Assembly (NCBI GenBank): GCA_038087875.1
Contig: CM075988.1
Span: 8,434,001 to 8,498,000, forward strand
Source: Malacoraja senta
Lineage: Eukaryota
Length of the DNA: 64,000 nt
Reading direction: 5' to 3'
Each line of letters opens with the position of its first letter. Within the stretch, counting starts at the first letter, position 1. Below are positions 1-12,114 of the stretch, one piece after another. The translations under genes were made by a program, and so were the position numbers. The notes beneath the pieces were generated by a model. The model was not told the origin of the DNA. It ran no database searches and saw nothing but the letters and a program-made list of their open reading frames with translations.

Positions 1-796
1 CATCAGGTACTTGGTTTTCTCCCACATCCCAAAGACGTGCGGAATTGATCTCTTTAAATTGCGGGATTGGATGAGAAAGTGAGATAACATGGAACTAGTG
101 TGACTGAGTGATTGATGGTCAGTGCAAACTGGCTTGGCTGAAAGGCCTGTTTCCATGCTGTATCTAACATGGTGCGATCTACTCTGCCCTGGAAGTCTAA
201 GAACAGGACAAGATCATCTAGCCCTTCCAACCAGTTCCACCAATGAATGAAAGCATGGACAATCTTGCCTTCCTCAAACACTAATCCATTGGTATTCAAG
301 ACTAGAAAAATAAAAGATTTGAAACAAAAGCCCATTGAGCTGATATGTTAATTCTGTTTCTATTTCTCAAATGCTGCCTGACCTGTTGAGTGATCTTAGC
401 ATTTTCCGTTTACCTGGCTGATTCGAGTTGTAACTGAGGTTGCATCCATTACATTTTGCAGGCAAGTTCAGTTCTTCGACTGGCTTTGTGTGAAGCAGGG
501 TTTCTTAACTTCCTACCTGCCTTTGATTAGACTGTTGCATGTACAGGTCCCCCACCAGCAATTCCACAGCTACCATACAAACTCCTGAACACTTCAATCA
601 ACTTACAGGGAATGTAAGCCAAGCTCGTATGATTGCAATTTTCACCCCAGAGCTCTGTCAATCCACGAGACTTGCAAAAACGGGCTACTGTTTTACGGTA
701 TCAGAATAAGTCAGATTTTCCGTTGCAAAGAAGTCCAAACATGCAAACATGCATGCATAAACAGAGAATAAGAGGTGGTGGGTTTCTTAAATGTGT

Positions 797-3700
797 GAGC
801 AGAGAGACAGAGGGGTGTAAAATGAGGGTAGAAGCAATAGGTAGCAAGGTGAAAAGTAAAAGTGGCAGGCAGACAAATCCAGGGTAAAAATCAAAAAGGG
901 ACACTTTTCAACATAATTGTATAAGGGGTAAGAGCGTTGTAAAAACAAGCCTGAAGGCTTTGTGTCTTAATGCAAGGAGCATTCGTAATAAGGTAGATGA
1001 GTTGAATGTGCAGATAGCTATTAATGATTATGATATGGTTGGGATCACGGAGACATGGCTCGAGGGTGACCAAGGCTTGGAGCTGAACATCCAGGAATAT
1101 TCAATATTCAGGAGGGATAGACAGAAAGGAAAAGGAGGTGGGGTAGCGTTGCTGGTTAGAGAGGAGATTAACGCAATAGAAAGGAAGGACATTAGCTTGG
1201 AGGATGTGCAATCGATATGGGTAGAGCTGCAAAACACTAAGGGGCAGAAAACGTTAGTAGGTGTTGTGTACAGGCCTCCTAACAGTAGTAGTGGAGTTGG
1301 GGATGGCATCAAACAGGAAATTAGAAATGCGTGCAACAAAGGTAAAACAGTTATAATGGGTTACTTCAATCTACATATAGATTGGGTGAATCAAATTGGC
1401 AGGGGTGCTGAGGAAGAGGATTTCTTGGAATGTTTGCGGGATAGTTTTCTAAACCAACATGTAGAGGAACCAACGAGAGAGCAGGCTATTCTAGACTGGG
1501 TATTGAGTAATGAGGAAGGGTTAGTTAGCAGTCTTGTTGTGCGTGGCCCCTTGGGCAAGAGTGACCATAATATGGTTGAGTTCTTCATTAGGATGGAGAG
1601 TGACATTGTTAATTCAGAAACAAGGGTTCTGAACTTAAAGAAAGGTAACTTTGAGGGTAGGAGACGTGAATTGGCCAAGATTGACTGGCAATTGATTCTT
1701 AATGGGTTGACGGTTGATATACAATGGAAGGCATTTAAAGACTGCATGGATGAACTACAACAATTGTTCATCCCAGTTTGGTAAAAGAATAAATCAGGGA
1801 AGGTATTGCATCCGTGGATAACAAGGGAAATCAGGGATAGTATCAAAACAAAAGATGAAGCGTACAAATTAGCCAGAAAAAGCAGCCTACCAGAGGACTG
1901 GGAGAAATTCAGAGTCCAGCAGAGGAGGACAAAGGGCTTAATTAGGAAAGGGAAAATAGATTATGAAAGAAAACTGGCAGAGAACAAAAAAACTGACTGC
2001 AAAAGTTTTTATAGATATGTGAAGAGAAAAAGATTAGTTAAAACAAATGTAGGTCCCTTGCAGTCAGAAACAGGTGAATTGATCATGGGGAACAAGGACA
2101 TGGCAGACCAATTGAATAACTACTTTGGTTCTGTCTTCAATAAGGAAGACATAAATAATCTGCCGGAAATAGCAGGGGACCGCAGGTCAAATGAGATGGA
2201 GGAACTGAGTGAAATCCAGGTTAGCCGGGAAGTGGTGTTAGGTAAATTGAATGGATTAAAGGCCGATAAATCCCCAGGGCCAGATAGGCTGCATCCTAGA
2301 GTACTTAAGGAAGTAGCCCCAGAAATAGTGGATGCATTGGTGATAATTTTTCAAAACTCCTTAGATTCTGGATTAGTTCCTGAGGATTGGAGGGTAGCTA
2401 ATGTAACCCCACTTTTTAGAAAGGGAGGGAGAGAGAAAATGGGAAATTACAGACCAGTTAGTCTAACATCGGTAGTGGGAAAACTGCTAGTCAGTTATTA
2501 AAGATGGGATAGCAGCACATTTGTAAAGTCGTGAAATCATTGGACAAAGTCAGCATGGATTTACGAAAGGTAAATCATGTCTGATGAATCTTACAGAATT
2601 TTTCGAGGATGTAACTAGTAGAGTGGATAAGGGAGAACCAGTGGATATGTTATATCTGGACTTTCAGAAGGCTTTTGACAAGGTCCCACATAAGAGATTA
2701 GTATACAAACTTAAAGCACACGGTATTGGGGGTTCAGTATTGATGTGGATAGAGAACTGGCTGGCAAACATGAAGCAAAGAGTAGGAGTAAACGGGTCCT
2801 TTTCAGAATGGCAGGCAGTGACTAGTGGGGTACCGCAAGGCTCAGTGCTTGGACCCCAGCTATTTACAATATATATTAATGATTTGGACGAGGGAATTGA
2901 ATGCAACATCTCCAAGTTTGCGGATGACACAAAGCTGGGGGGCAGTGTTAGCTGTGAGGAGGATGCTAGGAAGCTGCAAGGTGACTTGGATAGGCTGGGT
3001 GAGTGGGCAAATGCATGGCAGATGCAGTATAATGTGGATAAATGTGAGGTTATCCACTTTGGTGGCAAAAACAGGAAAGTAGACTATTATCTGAATGGTG
3101 GCCGATTAGGAAAAGGGGAGATGCAACGAGACCTGGGTGTCATGGTACACCAGTCATTGAAAGTAGGCATGCAGGTGCAGCAGGCAGTGAAGAAAGCGAA
3201 TGGTATGTTAGCATTCATAGCAAAAGGATTTGAGTATAGGAGCAGGGAGGTTCTACTGCAGTTGTACAGGGTCTTGGTGAGACCACACCTGGAGTATTGC
3301 GTACAGTTTTGGTCTCCAAATCTGAGGAAAGACATTCTTGCCATAGGGGGAGTACAGAGAAGGTTCACCAGACTGATTCCTGGGATGTCAGGACTTTCAT
3401 ATGAAGAAAGACTGGATAGACTCGGCTTGTACTCGCTAGAATTTAGAAGATTGAGGTGGGATCTTATAGAAACTTACAAAATTCTTAAGGGGTTGGACAG
3501 GCTAGATGCAGGAAGATTGTTCCCGATGTTGGGGAAGTCCAGGACAAGGGGTTACAGTTTAAGGATAAAGGGGAAATCTTTTAGGACCGAGATGAGAAAA
3601 ACATTTTTCACACAGAGAGTGGTGAATTTCTGGAACTGCCTGTAGTTGAGGCCAGTTCATTGGCTATATTTAAGAGGGAGTTAGATGTGGCCCTTGTGGC

Positions 3701-3847
3701 TAAAGGGATCAGGGGGTATGGAGAGAAGGCAGGTACAGGATACTGAGTTGGATGATCAGCCATGATCATATTGAATGGCGGTGCAGGCTCGAAGGGCCGA
3801 ATGGCCTACTCCTGCACCTATTTTCTATGTTTCTATGTTTCTATGTT
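797..3847 (+). mobile_element. CR1-clade LINE (HER1-like), 5'-truncated, covering ORF2 and 3' UTR
   Basis: Contains APE and RT ORFs (next feature) and ends in a (TTTCTATG)n microsatellite tail at ~3822-3847; 5' boundary approximate. Confidence 0.93.
960..3645 (+). pseudogene. CR1 ORF2 (apurinic endonuclease + reverse transcriptase), disrupted
   Basis: APE motifs CLNARSIRNK, ITETWL, VYRPP, SDHN; RT motifs NYRPVSLTS, YLDFQKAFDKVPH, GVPQGSVLGP, FADD. Premature TAA at 1782-1784, frameshifts at ~2490-2530, small deletion near 3640. Confidence 0.95.
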
Positions 3848-4290
3848 GTTCGTGGGTATTGTGGTTCTATTTGTACTTGAGAGGGTGCAGAGGAGATTCA
3901 GTGGGATTTGGCTTGGGGGTGAAATGTCCGAGAAGAGACTAGATAGGCTGGGTTTGTTTTCGTTGGAGTTATGGAGGGTGAGAGGAGATAGAAATATGCA
4001 TTTATATATGCATAATCAGCATAGATAATAAGAAACCTTTCAACAGCGTGAACAATATAACAACGTGTAATCTTCTCAAAAACATCTGGGTTTGCAATAT
4101 AATTTATTTTATTATGGTTTTTGTTGAGAGTTTGGGCATCAATTTGTGCTTCATTTACTTTTCCAGGATACCCAACAGTCAGGAAACTCGGTCATGTTTA
4201 GCCGGCTTTCCCAGTGTTAGTCAATTGAAAATGATTTCCTGCTGCAGTGAAATGAGGAAATGACCATTTCCAGATCATGTCACATACTCT

Positions 4291-4436
4291 TGGGGTTGGA
4301 GATTGCAACCTTCACGTGGTCCGCCCTGTTTCGACGAATGCCATCAACCCGGTGTGCGCAATCAAATAAGATCAAATAGAACAAGTTGTCCTACAACTTT
4401 AGGCTGTGCACGCCATACGCAAGAAGAAGAAGAAGG
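4291..4436 (+). mobile_element. Short (~145 bp) ribozyme-headed non-autonomous retroposon, copy 1
   Basis: 10-bp TSD CACATACTCT (4281-4290 / 4437-4446); 3' end GCACGCCATACGC(AAG)n; colinear end-to-end with the copy at 45852-45990. Confidence 0.9.
4292..4345 (+). ncRNA. Predicted minimal HDV-like self-cleaving ribozyme (copy 1)
   Basis: P1 GGGGTTG/CCGCCCT (1 mismatch), P2 GATTGCA/TGCCATC (1 mismatch), P3 ACC/GGT, L3 TTCACGT, J4/2 CGAA; folded by eye. Confidence 0.7.
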
Positions 4437-4461
4437 CACATACTCTGGAAACAGACACTCA

Positions 4462-4823
4462 TAATTTCATAAATTCCAGGAGCAGAAATATGCCATTCGG
4501 CCCATCAAGACTACTCCACCACTCAATCATGGCTGAACTTTGTTTCCCTCTCAACGCCATTCTCCTGCCTTCTCCCCATTACCCCTGGCACTCTTACTAA
4601 TCAAGAATCTGTCAATCTCCGCCATAAAAATATCCATTGACGTCCTCCACAGTCGTCTACAGCAATGAATTCCACAGATTCACCACCCTCTGACTAAAGA
4701 AATTCCTCCTCATCTCCTTTCTGAAGGTACGTCCTTTTATTCTGAGGCTATGGCCTCTGGTCCTAGACTTTCCCCCTAGTGGAATAATCCTCTCCATGTC
4801 CACTCTATCCAAGCCATTCACTA
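4462..4823 (-). mobile_element. CR1 LINE 3' fragment
   Basis: Reverse complement matches the CR1 3' end seen at 3520-3847 (AGGGTGGTGAATCTGTGGAATTC...GCCATGATTGAGTGGTGGAG). Confidence 0.8.
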
Positions 4824-4912
4824 CACTCCCTATCATGAGAGGGCTAAAGAATTTGTTGCATCAAGGTCTCGTGTGATGCCATTTCCTATACATAGCAGCT
4901 TCTCAAGCAGTG

Positions 4913-5071
4913 AAGGAAGGAACTGCAGATGCTGGTTTACACCATAGGTAGACACAAGATGCTAGAGTGGGTGATGTTTTAGGTCGAGTCTGATGAAGGG
5001 TCCTGACCCGAAACGTCACGCATTCCTTCTCTCCGGTGATGCTGCCTGTTACTCCAGCTTTTTGTGTCTCC
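4913..5071. mobile_element. Penelope-like pLTR-derived unit (inverted pair) with hammerhead motif
   Basis: CTGATGA-A-GGGTC CT GACCC-GAAACGTC at 4990-5017; flanked by direct repeat TT(C/T)TCAAGCAGTG. Confidence 0.75.
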
Positions 5072-5224
5072 ATTTTCAAGCAGTGTTGGAGTTCTGCAAC
5101 TCCACCCCCACCCTCCATTTACCAAAGCAAAGGCGGGTATCACATGTTAGTCACAAACCCATATTCAAACCCCACATGCAATACTCAAAGTCATGACCTT
5201 TCCCCCCCAATGTCACAGCCTTAA

Positions 5225-5548
5225 AGCCCTGTCCCACGGTACGAGTTCATTCCAAGAGCTCTCCCGAGTTTGCCCTGATTCGAACTCGGAGATTTACGGT
5301 AATGGCCACTAGTCGGCACTCGGGGCTCTCGTGGACATTTTTCAACATGTTGAAAAATCTTCACAAGTCTTCCCGTGCTTACCTGCCGTTAGCGAGTCTT
5401 CCCGAGTACCTGCCGTTAGCGTTACGAGCCGCTAAGAGACGTCCCCGAGCTCCGACGTACCCGCTACGTTCATTCTCCATGCTTACCACGAGTTTGATTT
5501 TTTTAAAACTCGGGAGAGCTCTTGGAATGAACTCGTACCGTGGGACAG
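5225..5548. mobile_element. PIF/Harbinger-type MITE
   Basis: ~43-bp TIR CTGTCCCACGGTACGAGTTCATTCCAAGAGCTCTCCCGAGTTT; outermost bases of the right TIR are missing; internal palindrome TTTTTCAACATGTTGAAAAA. Confidence 0.8.
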
Positions 5549-5592
5549 ATATTAGATACGCTGCAATTTCCAGCTTAATGCATGCACTAGAT

Positions 5593-5793
5593 CTGGGGTT
5601 CCCAACCCTTTGTCGTCCCGTTTACCCCTGGCAACTTTAATAGCACATAACAATGTTAATTCACTTATTTATGAACAACTAATGATGAACAGAACCAAAC
5701 ACAGTCAGTCAATGAGAACAAATATGTACAAATCCAGAATCAACAAATTTACCCCCTGGGTAGGTGAAATTTACCCCAGGTTGGGAACCCTTG
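5593..5793. mobile_element. hAT (Charlie-like) MITE
   Basis: TIRs CTGGGGTTCCCAACC / GGTTGGGAACCCTTG; perfect 8-bp TSD CACTAGAT (5585-5592 / 5794-5801). Confidence 0.9.
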
Positions 5794-6186
5794 CACTAGA
5801 TATTTGGCTGCACAAAACCCCCTTTGGAGAAGTTCTCCATGGTGCTGTGGAGAAAGAGGGAGGATGGGGTGGAATTTACACCCATTCCTTCATCTTCCAC
5901 AACTTGAGCTAATCAAGAATGCAAATGAGAGTTTTCAGCCTTGCCAGAAACATTCCTCTTGCTGGATAGTATAAATATATGTACATACATCTATGTCTAA
6001 AGATGTATAGAGTTACAACATATGCAGTCAGTGGATTTTGCCATAAAATCCCACAAATTCCCTCCATTGCAACAGAGATTACTATAAAGTAAACGTTAAA
6101 GTTATGGTTTGAGAAAGGCACTGTTCAGTCCTCGAGTCATAAAATGTATGGGCACAGGAGGTCATTTGTCCGTGATAGCCAGACCG

Positions 6187-6495
6187 TTTAAACTTGTTTA
6201 GAGATACAGTGAGGAAACAGGCCCTTCGGCCCAACAAGTCCGCGCCGACCAGCGATCCCCACATTTTAGCACTATCCTACACACACGAGGGGCAATTTAC
6301 ACATACACCAAGCCAATTCACCTACAAACCTGTATGTCTTTGTAGTGTGGGAGTAAACTGAACATCTCGGAGAAAACCCACGTGGTTATGGGGAGAACGT
6401 TCAAACTCCGTACAGACTGCGCCAGTAGTCAGGATCGAACCCAGGTCTCCGGCGCTTGCAAGCGCTGTAAGGCAGCAACTCTACCGCTGTGCCAC
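6187..6495 (-). mobile_element. HE1/V-SINE-type tRNA-derived SINE
   Basis: tRNA-like head with A/B boxes, central GGTTTNCTCCCACA domain, CR1-like tail GGGCCGAAGGGCCTGTTTCC...(TAAAC)n. Confidence 0.85.
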
Positions 6496-6703
6496 TTCAT
6501 CAGATGGTCTGCTGCCCTGGAGGTTATGGCCAATTCAGGGACAGGTGACCCTCACGTTATGGCCAGAGAGGGGGAGGGTGGCCTGTGCATTCTCAGAAAA
6601 CTCTCCATACATGTTTTGTAGTGTGAAGCCCAATCATCTGTGCTTGTATCAAGGAAAGTGAGTTGACAAAAAAACATGATGCATTTACTGACTTTTTCTC
6701 ACA

Positions 6704-7006
6704 GGATGGCACAGAGCTACTGCCTTATAGCGGAAGGGACCCGGGTCCGATCCTAACTACGGGGGCTTGTCTGTGCAGAGTTTTTACTTTCTCCCCGTGA
6801 CCTGCGTTGGTTTTCACTGAGATCTTCGGTTTCCTCCCACGCTCCAAAGACGTACAGGTTTGTAGGTTAATTGGCTTGGTACAAATGTAAAATCGAGCCC
6901 AGTTTGTGTCGGGTAGTGCTAATGTGTGGGGATTGCTGGTCGGAGTGGACTCGGTGGGCCGAAGGGCCTGTTTCTGTGCTGTATCTCTAAACTAAACTAA
7001 ACTAAA
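6704..7006 (+). mobile_element. HE1/V-SINE-type SINE
   Basis: Same family consensus; (TAAAC)n tail. Confidence 0.85.
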
Positions 7007-7009
7007 GTT

Positions 7010-7365
7010 CTGTAAGGATAGAACGTAGACCAGTGCCGCACAAGAACAGCCCCTACGGCCGAACATGATGCCAAGACCAATTGTTATCTGCCTGCACATA
7101 ATTCATGACACAACCTGCCATGTACAAAGCCATGCTGACTGTACCAAATTAACTCATTCTCTTGCAAAGGGGAGTAAATCCTAAACCGAAAAATCTTCTC
7201 CAATAGATTTCCTACCACTGATGTGAGTATCACCAGCTGAGAATTCCTTGGATTCTCTCTATTTCCTTTCTTAAATAAAGGAACAATAGTTGCTACTCTC
7301 CTGTCCTCTGGGACCTCACCTGTGGCCAGAGAAGATGCAAAGATCTTTGTCACAGTTCCTGCAAT
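7010..7365 (-). mobile_element. CR1 RT fragment plus 3' tail
   Basis: Minus-strand ORF FASSLATGEVPED..VATIVPLFKKG...SQHGFV. Confidence 0.8.
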
Positions 7366-7834
7366 CTAAAGCAACTCAGTGGGTCAGGCTGCATCTCTGG
7401 AGGACAAGAATGGGCGACGTTTTGTGTCGCGACCACTCTTCAGATTCATTGTGGTGGAGGGTAGAAGGCTGGAAAAGAGATGGAGGCGGGACAAAGTCTG
7501 GCAATTGATAGGTGGATAGAGGTGAGGAGGGTGTAGGATGGAACCGAATATAAACGCAAAATGCAGGAGTGACTCAGCGGGTCAGGCAGCATCTCCGGAG
7601 AAAAGGAATAGGTGACATTCCTCCAGCATTTTGTGTCTATCACAGGTGAGGAGGGAAGTTGAAATCTTCCTCTAATGCCACCCTAATATTTTTACAGGTG
7701 AGGATGGGTCCAAAGGCTGGAGATGAAAAGGAGACAAAATGAGACAAAAAGGAGATAAGGAGACAAAAAGGTATCGGGTAAAGAGAGAAAAGTCAGGGGG
7801 AGAGATAATGGTGAAAAGGGCAGGGTTAGGGAAG

Positions 7835-8640
7835 AAATGGGACAAGGCTTGTCCTTCACCCTACCACGAACATGCTCTTCCAGTACACCTGCCATTTCAT
7901 TTTTGAAAGCTTCCCACTTGCCAGTCGTCCCTTTATCTGCAAACAGACTCCCAATCGACCTCTGGCCTCCAAAATTGGCCTTGCCCCAAGTGAAGATCTC
8001 ATCGTGTGGGATCTTCTCCATAACTACTTTAAAATCAATAGAATTATTATGGTCGCTTGTCCCAAACGTGCTCCCCCACTGATAATTCAGTCACTTGCCC
8101 CACTTCGTTCCCAAGATGAAGTCCTGGACGTTTATAGATTTAAGGTGAGAGGGGCAAAGTTTAAAGTAGACGTGCGGACAAGTTTTCTTACACAGAAGGT
8201 GGTGGGTGCCTGGAATGTGCTGCCGGGTGTGATGGTGATGGAGGCAGATACCATAGTGGCATTCAAGAGGCTTTTAGATAGACACGTGCATTTGCAGAGA
8301 ATGGAAGGATTTGGATCATATGGAGGCAGATGAGATGAGTTAGTCTTGGCAGGAATATTGTGGTGAAGAACCTGTTCCTGTGCTGTACTGCTCCATGTTG
8401 TATCCTCTCTACTAGGGCCCTCTATAAACTGATGAGGGAAACGTCCTTGGACACATTTAACAAATTCCAACCCGTCTTATGGGATGCCCAGTCGGTATTT
8501 GGGAAGTTCAAATCTTCCACTAATGCTACCATAATATTTTTACAGCTGCCAGCAAATCTCCCTGCACATTGCTCCTCCAATTCCAACTGACTATTGGGAG
8601 GCCTACAATCCAGTCCCGATAAACTGATCATTCCCTTGAA
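7835..8640. mobile_element. Patchwork of old CR1 fragments on both strands
   Basis: Minus-strand ORF2-like peptides (WGKANF..WEAFKNEM; DLNFPNTDW) around a plus-strand CR1 3' end at 8130-8400 (FLTQKVVGAWN). Confidence 0.7.
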
Positions 8641-9065
8641 AGACACAAAATTCTCGACTAACTCAGCAAACATTTCTGGAGAAAAATGATAGGTTATTTT
8701 TCGGGTCGGAACCCTTTTTCAGACTGGTGGGGGGGGGGGGGGGGGAAATAAACTGGAGGTGAGAAAATGCCAGAACAGATCAGGGTCAGCAACAGATGAC
8801 CTCAGGAAGGATGGAGCCCATGATGGCCCATTGTTGGCTTGGGAAGGTGTGATAACAAGAGGGATACAAGGATGTGAACAGTGGAACTGGAGAGAGAGGA
8901 GGGGAGGGAATGCAGGAGTTACTTGAAATGAGAGAAACCAACATTTATACCACTGGGTTGTAAGCCACCCCAGCAAACTATAATATGCTGGTCCTTCAAT
9001 TTGCGTGTAGCCTCGCTCTGGTGGTGGAGGAGCCCCAGGAAAGAAAGGTCAGTCTGGGAATGGGA
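8641..9065 (-). mobile_element. Penelope-like element 3' fragment (GIY-YIG C-terminus + pLTR)
   Basis: Peptide FPSHSQTDLSFLGLLHHQSEATRKLKDQH...LQPSGINV is homologous to the 17923-18170 ORF. Confidence 0.8.
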
Positions 9066-9849
9066 AGGGAAGTTCCTGTTATTAAGTTCGAGCCACCAGA
9101 GAAGGCCGCCAGGTTTAATGCCAGGTACATCTCTGGGCTCTAAAGGGTTAACCTTGGCGTCTGACGTGATAGGCCCTGGCATTTCTCAATGCTTTGCCTG
9201 TTCTCCTTGAGGCTGTGAAGACGAAGAGTGTGCGAGGAAGTTAACTCAGAGAAACGGTATGTATCCAGCGGATGGTTTATTGATTTAACAGGAACGGATT
9301 GTGTGACATATGGAAACAGAGACATGTGGATATGTGACTTTAGTTCTCCACTTTAATGGTCAGAAATCCCCAGCTTTAAGAAAATAGTGCAACTGAAGGA
9401 AGCCTCAGATACAAACACCTCGCTGAGCCGTCACCTGAAACCCTGCTCTCACCCTGCAGCTGGAGAGTGGAACGTGACAAATGAGAAGGAAAGGCTTCGT
9501 CGACAAGGGAGGAAGAAATGACAACATATGTAGAGACTTACTCCAGACGTTAGGCCTGAATTGTGCCCGCACTGTGCAGAAAGGAGCTGCAGATGCTGGT
9601 ATATACCGAAGAAAGACACAAAATGTTGGAGTAGCCCAGCAGGTCTGGAGAAAAAGGATGGGTGATGTTTTGGGTCGGCACCCTTCTTCAGACTGTGACC
9701 CCCTGGCACCCTGCCCTGACGAACCCTCACCTTTAGCCTCCTCTGTCCCTCTCTCTTTCGACAGATCAGTGAAGGTGGTGCCATTGTCTAACTCTGCAGA
9801 ATTCCTCTCCAGAATTGTCTGCGTTTTTCCTAACCCTGCAATCGCTCCA

Positions 9850-10370
9850 TAGAAAGTATCACATCCGGGTGCATCCGAATGGCAAATGCTCTGTCAAGGA
9901 ATCTCAGAGGGTTGCGAACACAGCCCAGTCCATCACACAAACTAGCCTCCCTCCCACTGACTCCATCTTTACTTCACGCTGCCTCGAGAAAGCAGCCAAC
10001 GCAATCCAGAAACACTGTCACTCTGGTCATTCTCTCTTCTCCCCTCTCCCATCAGGCAAAAGAAACAAAAACTTCAAAACACCTACCATCAAATACTAGA
10101 ACAGCTTCTTCCCCACTTTCATCAGACTTGAATGGACCTCTCGTATGTTAAGCATGAATTTCTCAATCTTCCAATCTATCCTGTTGCTGCTCCTGCACTT
10201 TTTCTATTTGCACGTTCTCAGAAGCTGTAACACTGTATATTATGGACTCTGTTTATTTTCTCTTTTGCACGACCTGATGTACTGATGTATAGTGTGATTT
10301 GCCGAGATAACGTGCAAAAGTAAAGATTTTCCACGGTATCTCGGTACCCGTGACAATAATAAACCAACAC
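9850..10370 (+). mobile_element. Rex1/Babar-type LINE 3' fragment
   Basis: Peptide AQSIT..LP...SRCLEKAA..I....HSGHSLFSPLPSGKR, then AACAGCTTCTTCCCC (NSFFP); tail CTCGGTACCCGTGACAATAATAAACC. Confidence 0.75.
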
Positions 10371-10456
10371 CAGTACCTTCATCAACCCAACCAGTTCACC
10401 GCGCTCTCCCATGTTCCGTGTTACCCACTTTGGAATACATCTCGTCTTACAGATTA

Positions 10457-10893
10457 TTTAGTTTGGTTTAGAAGTACAGTGTGGAAACACCGTGTCCACG
10501 CCGACCATCGATCACCCGTACACTAGTTCTACATTATCCCACTTCCGCATCCTGCACACTAAGAGCAACATATAGAAGCCAATTAACCTACAAATCTGCA
10601 CGTCCTTCGAATGTGGGAGGAGACCGGAGCACCCAGAGAAAACCCACGTGGACACGGTGAGTACATGCAAACTCCACACAGACAGCACCCGAGGTCAGGG
10701 TCTCCGGCACTGGAGGCACCACTGTGCTGCCCCTGTTTTACATTTGTGTTGACACTCAGCATCCGATCATGAGTATGACAAATCATACAAGAGCACATCA
10801 TGAGAACTCCGCACAGACAGCACCCGTAGTCAGGATCGAACGCTGGTCTTTGGGGCTGTGAGGTAGCAGCTCTACCGCTGTGCCACTGTGCCA
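10457..10893 (-). mobile_element. HE1/V-SINE-type SINEs (one near-complete copy plus a separate head)
   Basis: Family consensus on the minus strand. Confidence 0.75.
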
Positions 10894-11148
10894 CACTAGT
10901 GATAAGATTGAACAAACTAATCAATGGAGGCAGCCGGTGTGGGTAGCAAACGGATGGAGCAATGATCTTGCAAATCAGCAAGTGTGTGCTAGAACTCCCA
11001 GCAAGTTATTCAACAATCAGCCATCTCAGCCCTAGTGAGGGTGGAACACTGAACACCTGAGCTCAGGGACCCCTCTAGTGGCTGAGAGGAAGAGTAACGT
11101 CAGTCACCTGGTGCAAAAGCTGCAGCTTCCGGAGGCTTATGCACTGAG

Positions 11149-11245
11149 CCTCCAGAAGGGTCTCGACCCGAAACGTCACCCAATCCTTTCCTCCAGGGAT
11201 GCTGCCTGCCCCGCTCAGTTACTCCAGCTTTTTGTGTCTATCTTC
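11149..11245 (+). mobile_element. Short PLE pLTR-derived insert
   Basis: 15-bp TSD GGCTTATGCACTGAG (11134-11148 / 11246-11260); contains GAAGGGTCTCGACCCGAAACGTCACC. Confidence 0.85.
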
Positions 11246-11520
11246 GGCTTATGCACTGAGGTCCTTGTTTCATTTCAGGACATTGCTTCTGCCTTTCTCA
11301 ATTAACCCAAATACACAAAGAACTTTTCTGCCAGACAGCAATAAGAAAACTCTTGGCATACACTGGAGAATGTGGCCTTCAGCCCTAGAAGAGATTAATG
11401 TTGACCATCGGAGTGGAGCAGCAGGTAGAGCTGCTGCCTCGCAGCGCCAGAGACCCGGATTCTACCCTGACCTCAGGTGCAGTCGGTGTGGAGTTTCCAC
11501 GTGGTCCCAGCGACTGCATG

Positions 11521-11831
11521 GAGCGGCACAGTAGCGCAGCGGTAGCATTGCTGCCATACTGCGCCAGAGATCCCGGTTCGATCCTGACTTCGGGTGCTGT
11601 CTGTAAGCAGTTTGTACATTCTCCCTGTGACCGCGTGGGTTTTCTCCGGGTGCTCCTGTTTCCTCCTGCACACCGAAGACGTACCTGTTTGTAGGTTGAT
11701 ACGCTCCTGTAAATTGTAAATTGTCCCTAGTGTGTAGGATGCTGTTAATGTACGGGGTGATCCCTGGTCAGCGTGGACTCAGTGGGCCGAAGGGCCTGCT
11801 TCCACGTTGTATGTCTAAAGCAAAATCTAAA
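11521..11831 (+). mobile_element. HE1/V-SINE-type SINE
   Basis: Full head (TAGCGCAGCGG...GGTTCGATCC), body and tail. Confidence 0.85.
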
Positions 11832-12114
11832 CGTTAAAAGGGTTTCCTCCCACATGCCAGAGACGTGTGGGTTTGTAGGTTAATTGGCCTCTGTAAATTG
11901 CTCCGATTGGGTGGGAAAGTGGGATAACATGAAACAAGTGCGAATGGGTGATCGATGGTCAGCCTGGACTCGGCTGGGCTGAAGGTGTAGGAAGGAACTG
12001 CAGATACCGAAGATAGACACAAAATGTTGGAGTAACTCAGCGGGACAGGCAGCATCTCTGGAGAGAAGCAATGTGTGACGTTTCAGGTCGAGAAATCCTC
12101 TCCCCCGACTCTCA

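Noticed and set aside
1028..3368. Several antisense ORFs of 65-158 aa
   Set aside because: Shadow ORFs on the opposite strand of CR1 ORF2.
9210..9521. Two phase-compatible mini-exon candidates (GCEDEECARKLTQRN ending at GTATGT; AGEWNVTNEKERLRRQGRKK* after CCCTGCAG)
   Set aside because: The first acceptor is a weak GAG, the peptide is unrecognisable, and chance phase agreement is 1 in 3; RNA-seq would be needed.
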